Source: Candidatus Dormiibacterota bacterium (GTDB taxonomy: Bacteria > Chloroflexota > Dormibacteria > Aeolococcales > Aeolococcaceae). Taken from it: DNA of 64,000 nucleotides. Under the pieces are notes generated by a model. That model did not search any database, was not told where the DNA came from, and saw nothing but the letters and a program-made list of their open reading frames with translations. Shown piece after piece: positions 1 through 9,824 of this stretch. Position 1 is the stretch's first letter. Each line of letters starts with the position of its first letter. The position numbers and the translations under genes were made by a program. The stretch covers positions 21,306-85,305 of the forward strand of contig CAVWMH010000003.1 in assembly GCA_963756075.1 (NCBI GenBank). Reading direction: 5' to 3'.

Positions 1-180
1 CCAGTGCTTCCACGCTCGTTCCATCGCGTCCTGGACCGCGTCCTCGGCCTCGCTGCGGTCACCTAAGACGGAGACCGCGAGGGCATACAGCCGTCCGCCC
101 TCGACGAGTACGGTGGTCTCGTATTCCGATACTTGGAGGGATCGGGGGTCGTCGGCAGCGGCCACGGTCGCGCTAAACAC
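1..180 (-). CDS. ECF-type sigma-70 family sigma factor, N-terminal part only (gene runs off the left edge)
   Basis: The minus-strand frame ending exactly at nt 1 reads ...SEYETTVLVEGGRLYALAVSVLGDRSEAEDAVQDAMERAWKHW, the region 2.1/2.2 pattern of ECF sigma factors. It has no stop in the window, so it is absent from the ORF track. The start is unresolved: there are in-frame GTGs at 180 and 165, and the frame stays open further upstream. Confidence 0.5.
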   Translation of the reverse strand, partial: MFSATVAAADDPRSLQVSEYETTVLVEGGRLYALAVSVLGDRSEAEDAVQDAMERAWKHW

Positions 181-407
181 CTCACCTGGTTGGAGCGTCC
201 AACTCTGCGCCTGGTTGACATCCGGCCACGTCAGCACCTCGATCGGCCGCCTTTCCCTGAGCGAGGGGCCGGCGCGCCTCGGTCCTCGAGGCGTCGATCA
301 TGCTCCGCGCTGCCAACTCCATCAAGCTTCGCGCGGAGTCAACCATCGCCTGGGTCCGCCAGTCTTAGTGCTTGTGACTGCATCGCTATCCGTGGGAGGA
401 GGCCACC

Positions 408-944
408 GTGCAACGCCCAGGTGAGAACAAGGATCCTTCGTTGCTTCACGACGGAGGCCGTCACCTTCGTTCGGTCGCCACGCGGCTGTGTCTCGGTTCG
501 CTCGCTTGTCTGGCTGCTGCATGCGGCGCTACCAACGGATCCGCAACCGCGCCGACCGGCGTCATAGCCACCGCCTCACCCCCACCGTCGCCGACGGCGA
601 AAGTGATCACGCCCCTCGAAGGCACATGGTCCACCAAGTTCACCGCCACGGACGTGTCGAGCATCGGGTCGCACTTTGACCCCGGGACCTGGCTGATTAT
701 CACGAGCGGAGCGGAATCGACGCTCTACCGGCCCTCCGGAACCGTGATGGACCAGACCACCTTCGAGCTTGCCGGACCCAACGAGGTGGTGTTCCCTGCG
801 GAGGCCTGTCCGTCGGAGCCACAGCCCACCACCGGCACCTACATCTTCCGGATCACCGGTGATCAGCTCGTGTTCACCGAAGTGGGGGACAGCTGCGCCA
901 ATCGAGCCTTTCAGCTGACGGCGCATCCGTGGACGAAGACGTAA
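408..944 (+). CDS. putative lipoprotein, unknown function
   Basis: ORF 408-944 (GTG start). The N-terminal hydrophobic stretch ends in a lipobox-like LAAAC followed by GATNGS. I recognise no family for the mature part. Confidence 0.45.
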   Translation: MQRPGENKDPSLLHDGGRHLRSVATRLCLGSLACLAAACGATNGSATAPTGVIATASPPPSPTAKVITPLEGTWSTKFTATDVSSIGSHFDPGTWLIITSGAESTLYRPSGTVMDQTTFELAGPNEVVFPAEACPSEPQPTTGTYIFRITGDQLVFTEVGDSCANRAFQLTAHPWTKT

Positions 945-973
945 CGACAACTCGCGGGTTTGGAGAACAAGGA

Positions 974-1895
974 ATGAAGCCACGAGCTGCAACACTGATA
1001 GCGCGGGTGACCGCGGCGGCTGTGCTGGGCGCGTTCGCGGCGGCAGCCTCCGGCACGGCCGCGTCCGCGTCGGGCACTGCTGATTGCGGCGGCGGTCGGA
1101 TCGTCTTTATGCGGGAGGGCAACGGCCCGCCCGTGATTTACATGATGAATGCGCAGGGACGCGGACTGAGGTCGCTCGGCATCGGTCACGCTCCAGCGTT
1201 GTCGCCAGACGGGCGGTGGATTGCCTTTGACGACAGCCAGCACATTCTCAGGATGCATCCGGACGGCAGCGCTGTCACGGATCTGACGCCGGCGCTGACA
1301 AACGTCAACTCGTTCGATCCGTCGTGGTCGCCGGATGGACGGTGGATCGTCTTCCCCTCTGAACCAGCAGGGACTCGAGACGCGGCATTGTGGTTGGTCC
1401 GTTCTGACGGCTCCGGTCTGCACGAGCTCGTCAACGCTCCCGGTGAGGAGGAGCATCCGAGCTGGTCGCCCGATGGAAGCCGCATCGTTTTCGAACTCGT
1501 TCCCGCTGGTCGGTCCCGATCACCTCTATATCGTGCGCTCCAGCGGGAGAGGTCTCGACCAAGTAACGCCCGACTCCCTCGACGCCTGGGGCCCGTCCTG
1601 GTCGTCACGCAACGTCATCGCCTTCGCGGACGGAGCGAGCAACGTGACCAGCGATATCTTCACGATGCATCCAGACGGATCGCATCTCCGCCAGCTGACT
1701 CATGCACCGCTGGGGATCACTATCGCGCTGCCCGGGTTCTCGCCAAGCGGCGCGGATATTACGTTCACACGTTTCAACAAGACGTTTAGCGGATCCGAGA
1801 TCCATCGGATGACCGCGAGCGGTGAGAACACGCGGGAGCTGACCCGTGGCCAGCCCGGCATCAACGCGTTCTCGCAGTGGGGCGTCTGCAGCTGA
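974..1895 (+). pseudogene. secreted TolB-like PD40 beta-propeller repeat protein, reading frame broken (+1) near 1485-1500
   Basis: ORFs 929-1789 and 1335-1895 join into one protein. It has a signal peptide (MKPRAATLIARVTAAAVLGAFAAAASG) followed by repeated PD40-type units (ALSPDGRWIAF, SWSPDGRWIVF, SWSPDGSRIVF, then in the other frame NSFPLVGPDHLYIVRSSG, FSPSGADITF). GGAGAA lies upstream of ATG 974. Confidence 0.6.
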
Positions 1896-1909
1896 GGAGC
1901 ACGAAGAGA

Positions 1910-1940
1910 GGGCCGCCTCCAAGCGTTTCGGAGGCGGCCC
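1910..1940 (+). terminator. hairpin downstream of the PD40 gene (terminator-like, no U-tract)
   Basis: GGGCCGCCTCC (1910-1920) and GGAGGCGGCCC (1930-1940) form a perfect 11-bp stem with a 9-nt loop. It starts 15 nt after the stop at 1893-1895. Confidence 0.45.
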
Positions 1941-2648
1941 GGGCGAGAGGGGAGGAGGTGCTATGGGAAGGCGCATGCAGTACCGACCGTGTGGACGTCC
2001 ATGCTGTCGTCGGGTAAGGAGGTGAGTTGTCCGGTGCTGAGTGCGCTCACGGTGGTCGAAACGAGTGTCGTGCTCCGCCAGCAGTGGCGTTCCCCGTCCA
2101 CCCGATACAGGCGCTGATCGGGTCCACCAGTCCGGCCCGCTGGGCACTGAGAAGCAGTCGGCTCGATTACCGGAGTTGGAACGACGGCGTTGTCGCGTTA
2201 GGCGCCGGTCTGCGTCAGGTTGTCGACGCTGTGCCGCAAGTGGGCTGGGATCGCACCCGGCATTATCGACGTGCAGAGCACGTTATCCACACGTCCAGGT
2301 CACAGTTCCGGATTCGGTCTGCCCCGACACCGAGCCCGATCCCGGCAGACTGGTGAAAGGCATGGCGGATCTATCGCAACGGTTGCCTCCCTGACCCTCG
2401 CGCCCACGTCGAGGGAGCACGCAATCGCCGATCCCGAGAGGTGCCTCGTCCCACGAGCCGTCGGGGTCGGTTCGTCTTCGCGCTCGCCTGCAGCCCACAA
2501 GCGCCAGACCTTGGCAGGCTCATGCGGCTGGAGCGAGTCGCCCGCTCAGATCGTTTCCTCGTCATCGGCGGTGTTGCTGTGATCGCGAGCACGCACTGCG
2601 GGAAGCGGGGGCGGATGACCTCATCTGCGGCATGCGAGACTATCGGCC

Positions 2649-3224
2649 GTGAGAGAAACCGATCGGCTCGAGGCCTTCAGCGATGGTGTCATGGCGGTCA
2701 TCATCACCCTGATGGCGTTCAATGTGAAGCCACCCGCAGGGGCGTCGCTATCGGCGCTGCGCACCGACCTGCCCGAGTTGCTGGTGTACGTTCTGAGTTT
2801 TGCGATCGTTGGAACCTATTGGAACAACCATCACCATCTTCTCCGTGCGACCGCTCGAATTAGCGGGGGAGTGATGTGGAGCAACCTCCACTTGCTTTTT
2901 TGGTTATCGCTGCTGCCAATTGCCACGGGGTGGGTCGGCCGATTTCCCGGTGAAGCGACCCCGACGGCCTTCTACGGATTGCTCGGTCTGGCAACGGCGG
3001 TCGCCTACTGGATCCTGGTGCGCGCGATCATCCGCGCCAACGGCAGGAACTCGCGAGTGGCCCGAGCGATCAGATCGGACGCGAAAGGAAAACTCTCGCT
3101 TGTCCTCTACGCAGCCGGTGCGGGCCTGGCGTTTGCCACACCGGTCGCGGCGGATGCCGCATACGTTGCTGTCGCCGTGATGTGGTTTGTGCCCGATCGC
3201 CGCCTGGCACCTGAGTCGACATGA
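2649..3224 (+). CDS. TMEM175-family (DUF1211) potassium channel-like membrane protein
   Basis: The N-terminus RLEAFSDGVMAVIITLMAF is the hallmark RxxxFSD motif in helix 1. Multiple TM helices follow and the size (191 aa) is typical. Confidence 0.8.
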   Translation: MRETDRLEAFSDGVMAVIITLMAFNVKPPAGASLSALRTDLPELLVYVLSFAIVGTYWNNHHHLLRATARISGGVMWSNLHLLFWLSLLPIATGWVGRFPGEATPTAFYGLLGLATAVAYWILVRAIIRANGRNSRVARAIRSDAKGKLSLVLYAAGAGLAFATPVAADAAYVAVAVMWFVPDRRLAPEST

Positions 3225-3228
3225 CCTG

Positions 3229-4061
3229 CTAATTCGCGATCGCGACGAATCGGTTGACCAGCGTCCTGTGATACGGCCGCCATTGCATCCAGAACGCCTT
3301 GTTCTCTGGGTCGCCCTGGGTGAAACCGTGGTCGTACTTCAGCCGGTCCTCGCCGGGCTGCAGCCGCTCCACTGCTCGGAGGGCGAACTCTCGAAGCTGA
3401 CGCGCGCTGTCGAGGCGTGGCTCCAGGGCGATGTAATACAGCGCCATCTTCTCGACAGCCCGCAGGTGTGAGCTGGCCTCGCGAGCAGCATTCGTGAGGT
3501 GGGTGACGGCAACGAGCATCCGGTCGCCGGTGCTCATCGGTGCGATGCGGTATTGGTTGGTATTCGGGATGCAACTAAACAGGTCGGCGCCTTTCGGGCG
3601 GGCGCCATCCGCCCCTTCATCTCCTCGAGAGTGGAGCCGGAACTTCCAGCGAAGACGAACACCACTCGCGATCCGCTGCTTGCCGCCGCGTCGAGGCTGG
3701 GAAGCAGCACCTCGTACGGCCAGGATTCACCCGGCCTCGCGTCACACTCGTCGACGAAGCACAGGCGGCGCTCGTCGATATTCACATTGACTTCGCCATC
3801 AACGTCGCCGAGAAAGGCGCGGAGCTCGTCCTCCGAGCACTTGGCGAGATTGACGTCGCGATACGCGACCCCGGACAGCGATGCCGCAACCTGTTCTACG
3901 AAGAAGGTCTTGCCGCTCCCGGGTGCGGCAGATCAGGTGCGCGTTGCGCTTGTGGCCGGGCCTGTCGAGGCGGCTACGATGTTCTGACGCGCATCCTCGA
4001 GTGCGGTGCGCACATCCTCGTCGAACCGCGCGTAATCACCGACGACGACGAAATCGTCCAT
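3229..4061 (-). pseudogene. single-domain P-loop/AAA-type ATPase, disrupted
   Basis: ATG 4061 (MDDFVVVGDYARFDEDV...) is followed by an in-frame TGA at 3933-3935, just before the Walker A motif (AAPGSGKTFFVEQV). Walker B is LCFVDECD. The frame changes near 3590 (..ARKA / DLFSCIPNTNQYRIAPMSTGDRMLVAV..), joining ORF 3534-3785 to ORF 3229-3537. Confidence 0.5.
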
Positions 4062-4129
4062 GCGCACAGTGTCGAGGCGCTCGACAAGCGCAAGCGCTCG
4101 CTCCGGGTTCTCTGTCGCTGCAGGCGTTG

Positions 4130-6622
4130 GCGTCCGGTAGCGTTTCCCTCCAGGTACTCGACGATGGCGTCAAGAGTCATTGCGCGGCCGGCGGCGATAG
4201 ACCTCGAAAGACCTTCGCTTCCGAGGTGCTTTTCAACGCTCGCCAGGGTGCGTTCCAATGCGACACGGTCGAAGTCCAGGTCGAAGTCGTGGCCGAAGTC
4301 GCCCTCCCGTCGCGCGGCTCCGACGAGCGCGCGGCCCACCCATGGTCGCTGACCAGGTCCGCGAGGACGGCGGCCCCGTACAAGCTTTCCGTGACGACCT
4401 CGCGGATGCCCAGACTTCGTGCTGCCGAAAGGCTCTCGGCGAAGTGTGCCCGAGCCCGAGCGTACTCGCCTAGATCTCGCTCCGAATGAGCGAGGTTCAT
4501 CGTGTAGACCGAAACGCCACGAGGGTTGCCCGACTGTCGAGCGATCGACGCCGCGCGTTCGAGCCGGTCGGCCGCACCGCGATTATCTCCGGACTCTTTC
4601 GAGATGATGGCGAGGTTGTTGAGGGCGGCCGTCAGACCGATTTGATCCCCGCAGGACTCGCAAACGTCGATGCTTTCCTGAAACAGCGCGGCGGCGCGCT
4701 CGAGGTCCCCCCCCGCTCATAAAGCAGATGCCCAGGATTCTCAGCGACATAGCGATCTGCCGCGGGTCGCCGACCGCGTGGCTGAGCTCCAGGCTCTGCT
4801 CGGCGAATCGTGCCCCCGCCCGCCCGTCTCCCCGCCGCCAGGCGATCCAGGCCGCGCCCTGCATTACCGCTGCTCGGGCCGGCGTCACGCCTGAGCTCAT
4901 AGCACGCGCGTGCTCTACGGCGCGGGTGGTCTCCTCCCATAGCCCTTGATCGAACCAGAACTTCCAGATGGCTGCTACCAGCCGCTCCTCGAGGCCCGCG
5001 TCGCCGGCCTCAACGAAGTGCTGCAGTGCGACGCGCAGGTTGTCGTGCTCGGCGCCGAGTCGGCGCGTCCACGTTGCCTGCTCGCCGCGCTCGAGCTCGG
5101 GGCGCCCCATCTCCGCCAGCTCGAGAAAAAAGCGAGCATGCCGGTCGCGCAAGCGCTCGCCCTGACCCGACGCATCCAGGCGTTCGAGCGCGTACTCCCT
5201 GATGGTCTCCAGCATGCCGAACCGATCTGCGTTGCCAGCCACAAGGCTCTTGACGACGAGCAACTCCAGCGTGTCGATGCCGGCGTCGGCGACTGCCTCC
5301 GCTGCGTCGAGCGTCCAACCGCCCAGGAACACAGCGAGCCGCGTGAAGAGTTCCTGCTCGGTGGGCGCCAGGAGCTCGTAGCTCCAGTCGATCGTCGCAC
5401 GTAGTGTTCGCTGTCGGGTCGGGACGTCGCGTGTTCCGGACGTGAGGACATCGAGGCGACGTCCCAGCCGGTCGAGAAGCTGTTGGGGTCCGAGCACCTT
5501 CACGCGCGCTGCGGCAAGCTCGATCGCAAGCGGCAGTCCATCAAGACGGCGGCAGACCTCGGCGACTGCGGCGTCCGGCTCGAAGTCGGTCTTTAACGCC
5601 CGCGCTCGTTCCGTGAAGAGGGCGATCGCATCGTTCTGTGGCAGCGGCGGCACCGCGTACTCCCACTCGCCCGAGAGCTGAAGCGGTTCGCGGCTGGTGA
5701 CCAGCAGCTTGAGCGCCGTTGTTGCTCCGAGCAGCTCGCCGAGGTTGGGGGCTGCGTCGATGAGCTGCTCGAAATTGTCGAGGAGGAGGAGGGCCTTGCG
5801 GTTGGCGAGATGCGCGGCGAGGCCGCGGAGATCCCCATAACCTTGGCGATGGTCGGCTCGACAAGGTCCGGCTCGCGCACCGGGGCGAGAGGTATCCAGA
5901 AGACGCCATCTTTGAACTCATCGATGGTTGCGGCAGCGACTTGCAATGCGAGTCGCGTCTTGCCGCAGCCGCCGGACCGACCAGCGTGACCAGACGATGC
6001 TCCCGCGACCAGCGTGGTCACCTCATCACACTCACGCTCACGGCCGATAAGTGCCGTCACTTGGATCGGAAGGTTGCTGAGGTTGAGCGTCCGCAGAGGG
6101 GGAAAATCATCCTGACCCAGCTGGTACAGATGCAGCGGCGCATCCAGATCTTTGAGGCGCTGCTCACCGAGGTCTCGGAGGTCGGCCTCACCAGGCGGGC
6201 GGTCGCCGCCGAAAGGATCGTCTGGCCTCCGTGCGCCGCCGAGCAGATGCGCGCCGCCCGGTGGACGTCGATGCCGACGTAGCCCTCGTCGGTCAGCACC
6301 GGCTCGCCAGTGTGCATGCCGATGCGCACGCGAACATCACCGCCAGCCAGCGCAGCTTGGGCCTCTCGGGCTGCCGCGGTGGCGTCGGTGGCCTTCGCAA
6401 ACGCATAAAAGAATGCGTCACCCTGGGTGTCCACCTCGACACCATCGTGTCGTTGGAAAGCTTGCCGCAACGTTCGGCGGTGCTCGTCCAGCACAGCGCT
6501 GTAGCCATCGCCGAGCTCTGCAGGAGGCGCGTCGACCCTTCGATGTCGTGAAGAGGAGGGTGACTGTGGTGGGAGTTGGGAGTGACAGGGGGAGCTTGCG
6601 ACCGGAGCCGATGCGCCGTCAA
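4130..6622 (-). pseudogene. class III adenylate/guanylate cyclase - NB-ARC/STAND ATPase - TPR protein, at least 8 frame lesions
   Basis: Homology runs across ORFs 6293-6622, 6057-6494, 5593-6060, 4583-5653, 4177-4500 and 3974-4339. The cyclase part reads TVTLLFT|DIEGSTRLLQ|ELGDGYSAVLDEHRRTL...DTQGDAFFYAF...GMHTGEP and ARLV|ADLRDLGEQRLKDL. The P-loop is GGCGKTRLALQVA. The NB-ARC part reads LPLAIELAAARVK. TPR-like repeats run to about 4140. The C-terminal end is approximate. Confidence 0.7.
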
Positions 6623-6652
6623 TCGGAAGCCTTCTCGCTCCGGTTTTCCTTT

Positions 6653-7264
6653 CTACCGTAACGGAAGCCGCGCCATGAGTGCGAGCGCATTGCGAACGGC
6701 GTTGCCGGCCATGTCGTTGTTGAAGTACACGTAAGCCTCACGGTCAAGGCTCGAGAGCCGATCCGCATACGCGCCTAGGACCTTCGTGCCGTAATTGCCC
6801 GCGGTGCCCCGCCCGCCATGGAGGCGTAGATAGAGCCAGTCGGCGGTGATCCACATGGGGTTCTGCAGGCGGCCACCCCGGTCGGCCCAAACCAGCGTGG
6901 CGTTGTGACGATGGAGGACCTCCTGGATTTCGTCGACGAACCATGAGGGATGGCGGAACTCGACCGCAACACGGACGTGAATCGGAAATGCGGTCAGCGC
7001 CCGCTCCAACCCAGCGTCGTCCCTGCGTCGAGTCGGGGGCAGCTGCATGACCACCGGCCCCAGATGCGCTCCCAAATGCGAGGCGCGCTCCATGAACAAG
7101 TGCACTGGACCATTGGGATCCCGCAACCCGCGGACATGAGTGAGGTACCGGCTCAGCTTGGCGGCGACGACGAATCCCGGCGGCACGGACTCCTTCCAGC
7201 GCTCAAATGTGGCCACCTCCGGCAACCTGTAGAAGCTGGCATTGAGCTCAACGGTGTCGAACAC
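6653..7264 (-). CDS. DUF72 family protein (5' end damaged)
   Basis: FDTVELNASFYRLP...VVMQLPP...VAVEFRHPSW...VYFNND are typical DUF72 blocks. Homology continues upstream in frame (ILVGTSGWQYADWRGHLYPSGLPQR, up to 7363) but no start codon is available there. The only ATG (7374-7376) is in another frame, which implies a 5' frameshift. Otherwise initiation is at GTG 7264. Confidence 0.75.
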   Translation of the reverse strand: MFDTVELNASFYRLPEVATFERWKESVPPGFVVAAKLSRYLTHVRGLRDPNGPVHLFMERASHLGAHLGPVVMQLPPTRRRDDAGLERALTAFPIHVRVAVEFRHPSWFVDEIQEVLHRHNATLVWADRGGRLQNPMWITADWLYLRLHGGRGTAGNYGTKVLGAYADRLSSLDREAYVYFNNDMAGNAVRNALALMARLPLR

Positions 7265-7482
7265 CTCGGCATACCTTCGCAGCCAGAGTCGCTGCGGGAG
7301 CCCGCTCGGATAGAGGTGGCCCCTCCAGTCTGCGTATTGCCAGCCGGAGGTGCCAACGAGGATGCGACGAGTTCATCTCGGTGTGCTACCCCCTTGAACC
7401 TGCCCGATCGTCTGTGGCACTTTATGATAGTCTCACTATCATATAGAACGAGAGGTGTGTCTCTCAGCACGGAGGATCAGAC

Positions 7483-7677
7483 ATGTCCGGAGAACGCGAC
7501 CAGGTTGCCGGGAAGGCGAAGGAATTCGAGGGAAAGGTCACGGGAGACAAGGCGCGTGAATCCGAGGGGAGGGGGCAGCAGGCCGCCGGGAAGGTCAAGC
7601 AAGCCATCGGCGACGCCGCCGACACAGCGAGGGGCGCGGCGCAAGGCGTGAAGGAAGGCGTTGACGACCAGCGATAG
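7483..7677 (+). CDS. CsbD-family stress protein
   Basis: A 64-aa protein, MSGERDQVAGKAKEFEGKVTGDKARESEGRGQQAAGKVKQAIGDA, matching the typical CsbD repeat pattern. Confidence 0.8.
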   Translation: MSGERDQVAGKAKEFEGKVTGDKARESEGRGQQAAGKVKQAIGDAADTARGAAQGVKEGVDDQR

Positions 7678-7754
7678 GGCCGTCATCTCGGCCGCTCCCG
7701 ACTGCTTGCCGCAAGCGGTCCAAGTGTTGTCCCGATAGATAGAGGAGAAACGAA

Positions 7755-8384
7755 ATGTCGACACTCGCCGTCATCGTCGTCGCCGTCATCGTCGTTCTTG
7801 TCGTGCTCGCCGCGATGTTGATCACGACCCGACGTCGTTCGGACCGGCTGCAAAGCACATTCGGACCGGAATACGACAGAGCCGTCCAGCAGACCGGCGA
7901 CCGCCGTCAGGCCGAGCGCGAGCTGGCCGGTCGCGTGCAACGCCGCAAGCAGCTGACGATCGTGGCGCTGCCCGAGCCGGCTCGCCAGCAATACGTGACA
8001 CGGTGGCAGCAGGTGCAGGCTGCATTCGTCGACGCACCAGTCGAGAGCGTGCGTCAGGCCGACGCGCTGGTCTCCCAGGTCATGACCGATCGTGGTTATC
8101 CCGTCGCGGAGTTCGAACAGCGCGCCGACGATGTCTCCGTGGATCACGCAGAGGTTATCGAGAACTACCGCAGCGCCCATACGATTGCCGTCGCGAGCGG
8201 CCAGGGCAAGGCGGACACCGAGGCGCTTCGCAATGCGATGACGCAGTACCGAACCTTGTTCGATGATCTGCTTGGTGTTACTGCTTCACAGACGATCCGT
8301 GGTGTGGCGCCGGTCGCGGAGCCTCCACCACCAGCACCGCCGGCCGCTCCACTCGCCTCACCGAGAACCTCGTACGACGACTGA
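7755..8384 (+). CDS. N-terminally membrane-anchored hypothetical protein
   Basis: ATG with an AGGAGA RBS. It has one N-terminal TM helix (LAVIVVAVIVVLVVLAAMLI) followed by a charged helical region and a P/A-rich tail. I recognise no family. Confidence 0.55.
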   Translation: MSTLAVIVVAVIVVLVVLAAMLITTRRRSDRLQSTFGPEYDRAVQQTGDRRQAERELAGRVQRRKQLTIVALPEPARQQYVTRWQQVQAAFVDAPVESVRQADALVSQVMTDRGYPVAEFEQRADDVSVDHAEVIENYRSAHTIAVASGQGKADTEALRNAMTQYRTLFDDLLGVTASQTIRGVAPVAEPPPPAPPAAPLASPRTSYDD

Positions 8385-8470
8385 ATCCACCACCCGCCGG
8401 GCCACTCGGCGCGCTGGCGGAACTCACGCATCTGCCTGCCGGACGCTGGCACAGCGCGAGTACGCGGTTC

Positions 8471-9646
8471 TCAGTTGTCGCGATGCCAGATGACGGCGCG
8501 AAGCCCTTCGCGAATGTAGGACTCGCTCGACCGCCGCTCCCAGAGAGCGTCCGGCAGCACGGCGTCGGCAGCCGACATGTCCGCCTCGGGGTGGTTCGCC
8601 ATGTAGGCGATCGAGTCCGGGTTGTGCCAGATGAGGTAGCCGTGGATGCCCCGTTTCGCATCCGCGCTGAGCGCCGCGGCGGCGGCTTGGGCGTTCGGGG
8701 CGACGTTGGCAAGAAGCTTGTTCTGACCCGCGTTCGCGCTCCCGTGCCCGAGGCCGGCGAGGAAGCCGTCCATGAAGGGGTCGAAGTATTCCCACTTCAG
8801 CCGGGTGACGTCGCCCGCGGCGTTGGCAGCCCCCAACTCGTTGAAGAATCCTTTCACGAACTCGACGGTGACCCCGACCCAGTCGTCGTCAGCGAGGTCC
8901 TTCATCTGTTCCTCGAACATCTTCGCGCCCTCAGCGTTCCCGTCGTACGTGGCCCACTCGTTGGAGAGCGACGCGTACCTTTGGGCGCCTGCGCGTGCGT
9001 GATCGAGCAGAGGGACCATCGCCTCCCACCCGGACGCGAGGTCTGCTCCGGTCGGCGCCGGTCCCGCGGCGGCGGCACCGTGGTCCGCCTTGGGAACCTG
9101 GAAGCCGCCGACCACTGACCAAACTGGCTCGAGATTGTCGTCGAGGACCTGGACCTTCAGGTGGTGCGATCCGAGAGCGACGGGACCGATCTGCCACACG
9201 GTGGGGTCGGTCTCGCCGAGCGCGATCGGGCCAACGGTGCCGTCATGGGGCTCGTCGTCGACGAGGAGCCGCACGTTGATCTCGTCGGCATCGCGCTGCG
9301 ACCGTTGCCGCTTGAAGGTTGCGTTGACGAAGACCGAATGGTCGGCCTGCACATCGGCCTCCAGCGCGCTGCAGACGACCGCATCGTTCGACGACGTCGC
9401 GGCGGCCGCACCAGCCTGCGCCGGCTGCCACGCGGCGCCATCCCATCGCCACTGGCCGTCGTCGGACAGCTGGCCGACCGCGTCGACCGATGACGGGGTC
9501 GAAGTGCCCGGGGCAGCTTGTGTGTCCGCCGGGGCGGCCGCGCGGGTCGCTGCGCCGGCGTCCTGGGTGACCGGCTGCCACTGTGCTCCATCCCACCACC
9601 ACTGACCGTCCTCTGATCTGGGTGCGTCTGCCGGCATGACCGTCAT
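8471..9646 (-). CDS. W-rich-repeat protein, paralogue A (candidate CIS cargo/accessory; function unknown)
   Basis: A GGAGGAG RBS lies 6 nt before ATG 9646 (the ORF-track start 9667 is an upstream TTG). The protein starts MTVMPADAPRSEDGQWWWDGAQWQPV, then has a second DGQWRWDGAAWQP motif, a beta-rich middle segment and a unique C-terminal region of about 190 aa. No signal peptide or TM segment. Confidence 0.7.
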   Translation of the reverse strand: MTVMPADAPRSEDGQWWWDGAQWQPVTQDAGAATRAAAPADTQAAPGTSTPSSVDAVGQLSDDGQWRWDGAAWQPAQAGAAAATSSNDAVVCSALEADVQADHSVFVNATFKRQRSQRDADEINVRLLVDDEPHDGTVGPIALGETDPTVWQIGPVALGSHHLKVQVLDDNLEPVWSVVGGFQVPKADHGAAAAGPAPTGADLASGWEAMVPLLDHARAGAQRYASLSNEWATYDGNAEGAKMFEEQMKDLADDDWVGVTVEFVKGFFNELGAANAAGDVTRLKWEYFDPFMDGFLAGLGHGSANAGQNKLLANVAPNAQAAAAALSADAKRGIHGYLIWHNPDSIAYMANHPEADMSAADAVLPDALWERRSSESYIREGLRAVIWHRDN

Positions 9647-9691
9647 CGATAGCTCCTCCACATGCAATCGACGCCTGGCGTGTGCGTGAGG
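9568..9691. repeat. 124-bp duplicated block, copy A (5' leader plus first 26 codons of paralogue A)
   Basis: Aligns with 10697-10820 at a constant offset of 1129 nt with 4 mismatches in 124 by manual alignment. Confidence 0.85.
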
Positions 9692-9824
9692 CCCGGGTTC
9701 CGGACCGCTTGAATATTGTGGGCAGTTGCCTCGTCATTTGTCTCGACTGCACCAGGCGCCATCAGGAGCATCTGTCCCAGCGGAGCGTGCTCGCCGATCA
9801 CAGCTGTTCGTTGCCGTTGCCGGC

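Noticed and set aside
3229-4061. The disrupted P-loop ATPase considered as the missing CIS ATPase (Afp15/Cis15).
   Set aside because: It lies 7 kb from the locus, beyond unrelated genes. It has a single small ATPase domain without the blocks I associate with CDC48-like Afp15 proteins, and it is paired instead with the dead cyclase-STAND gene.
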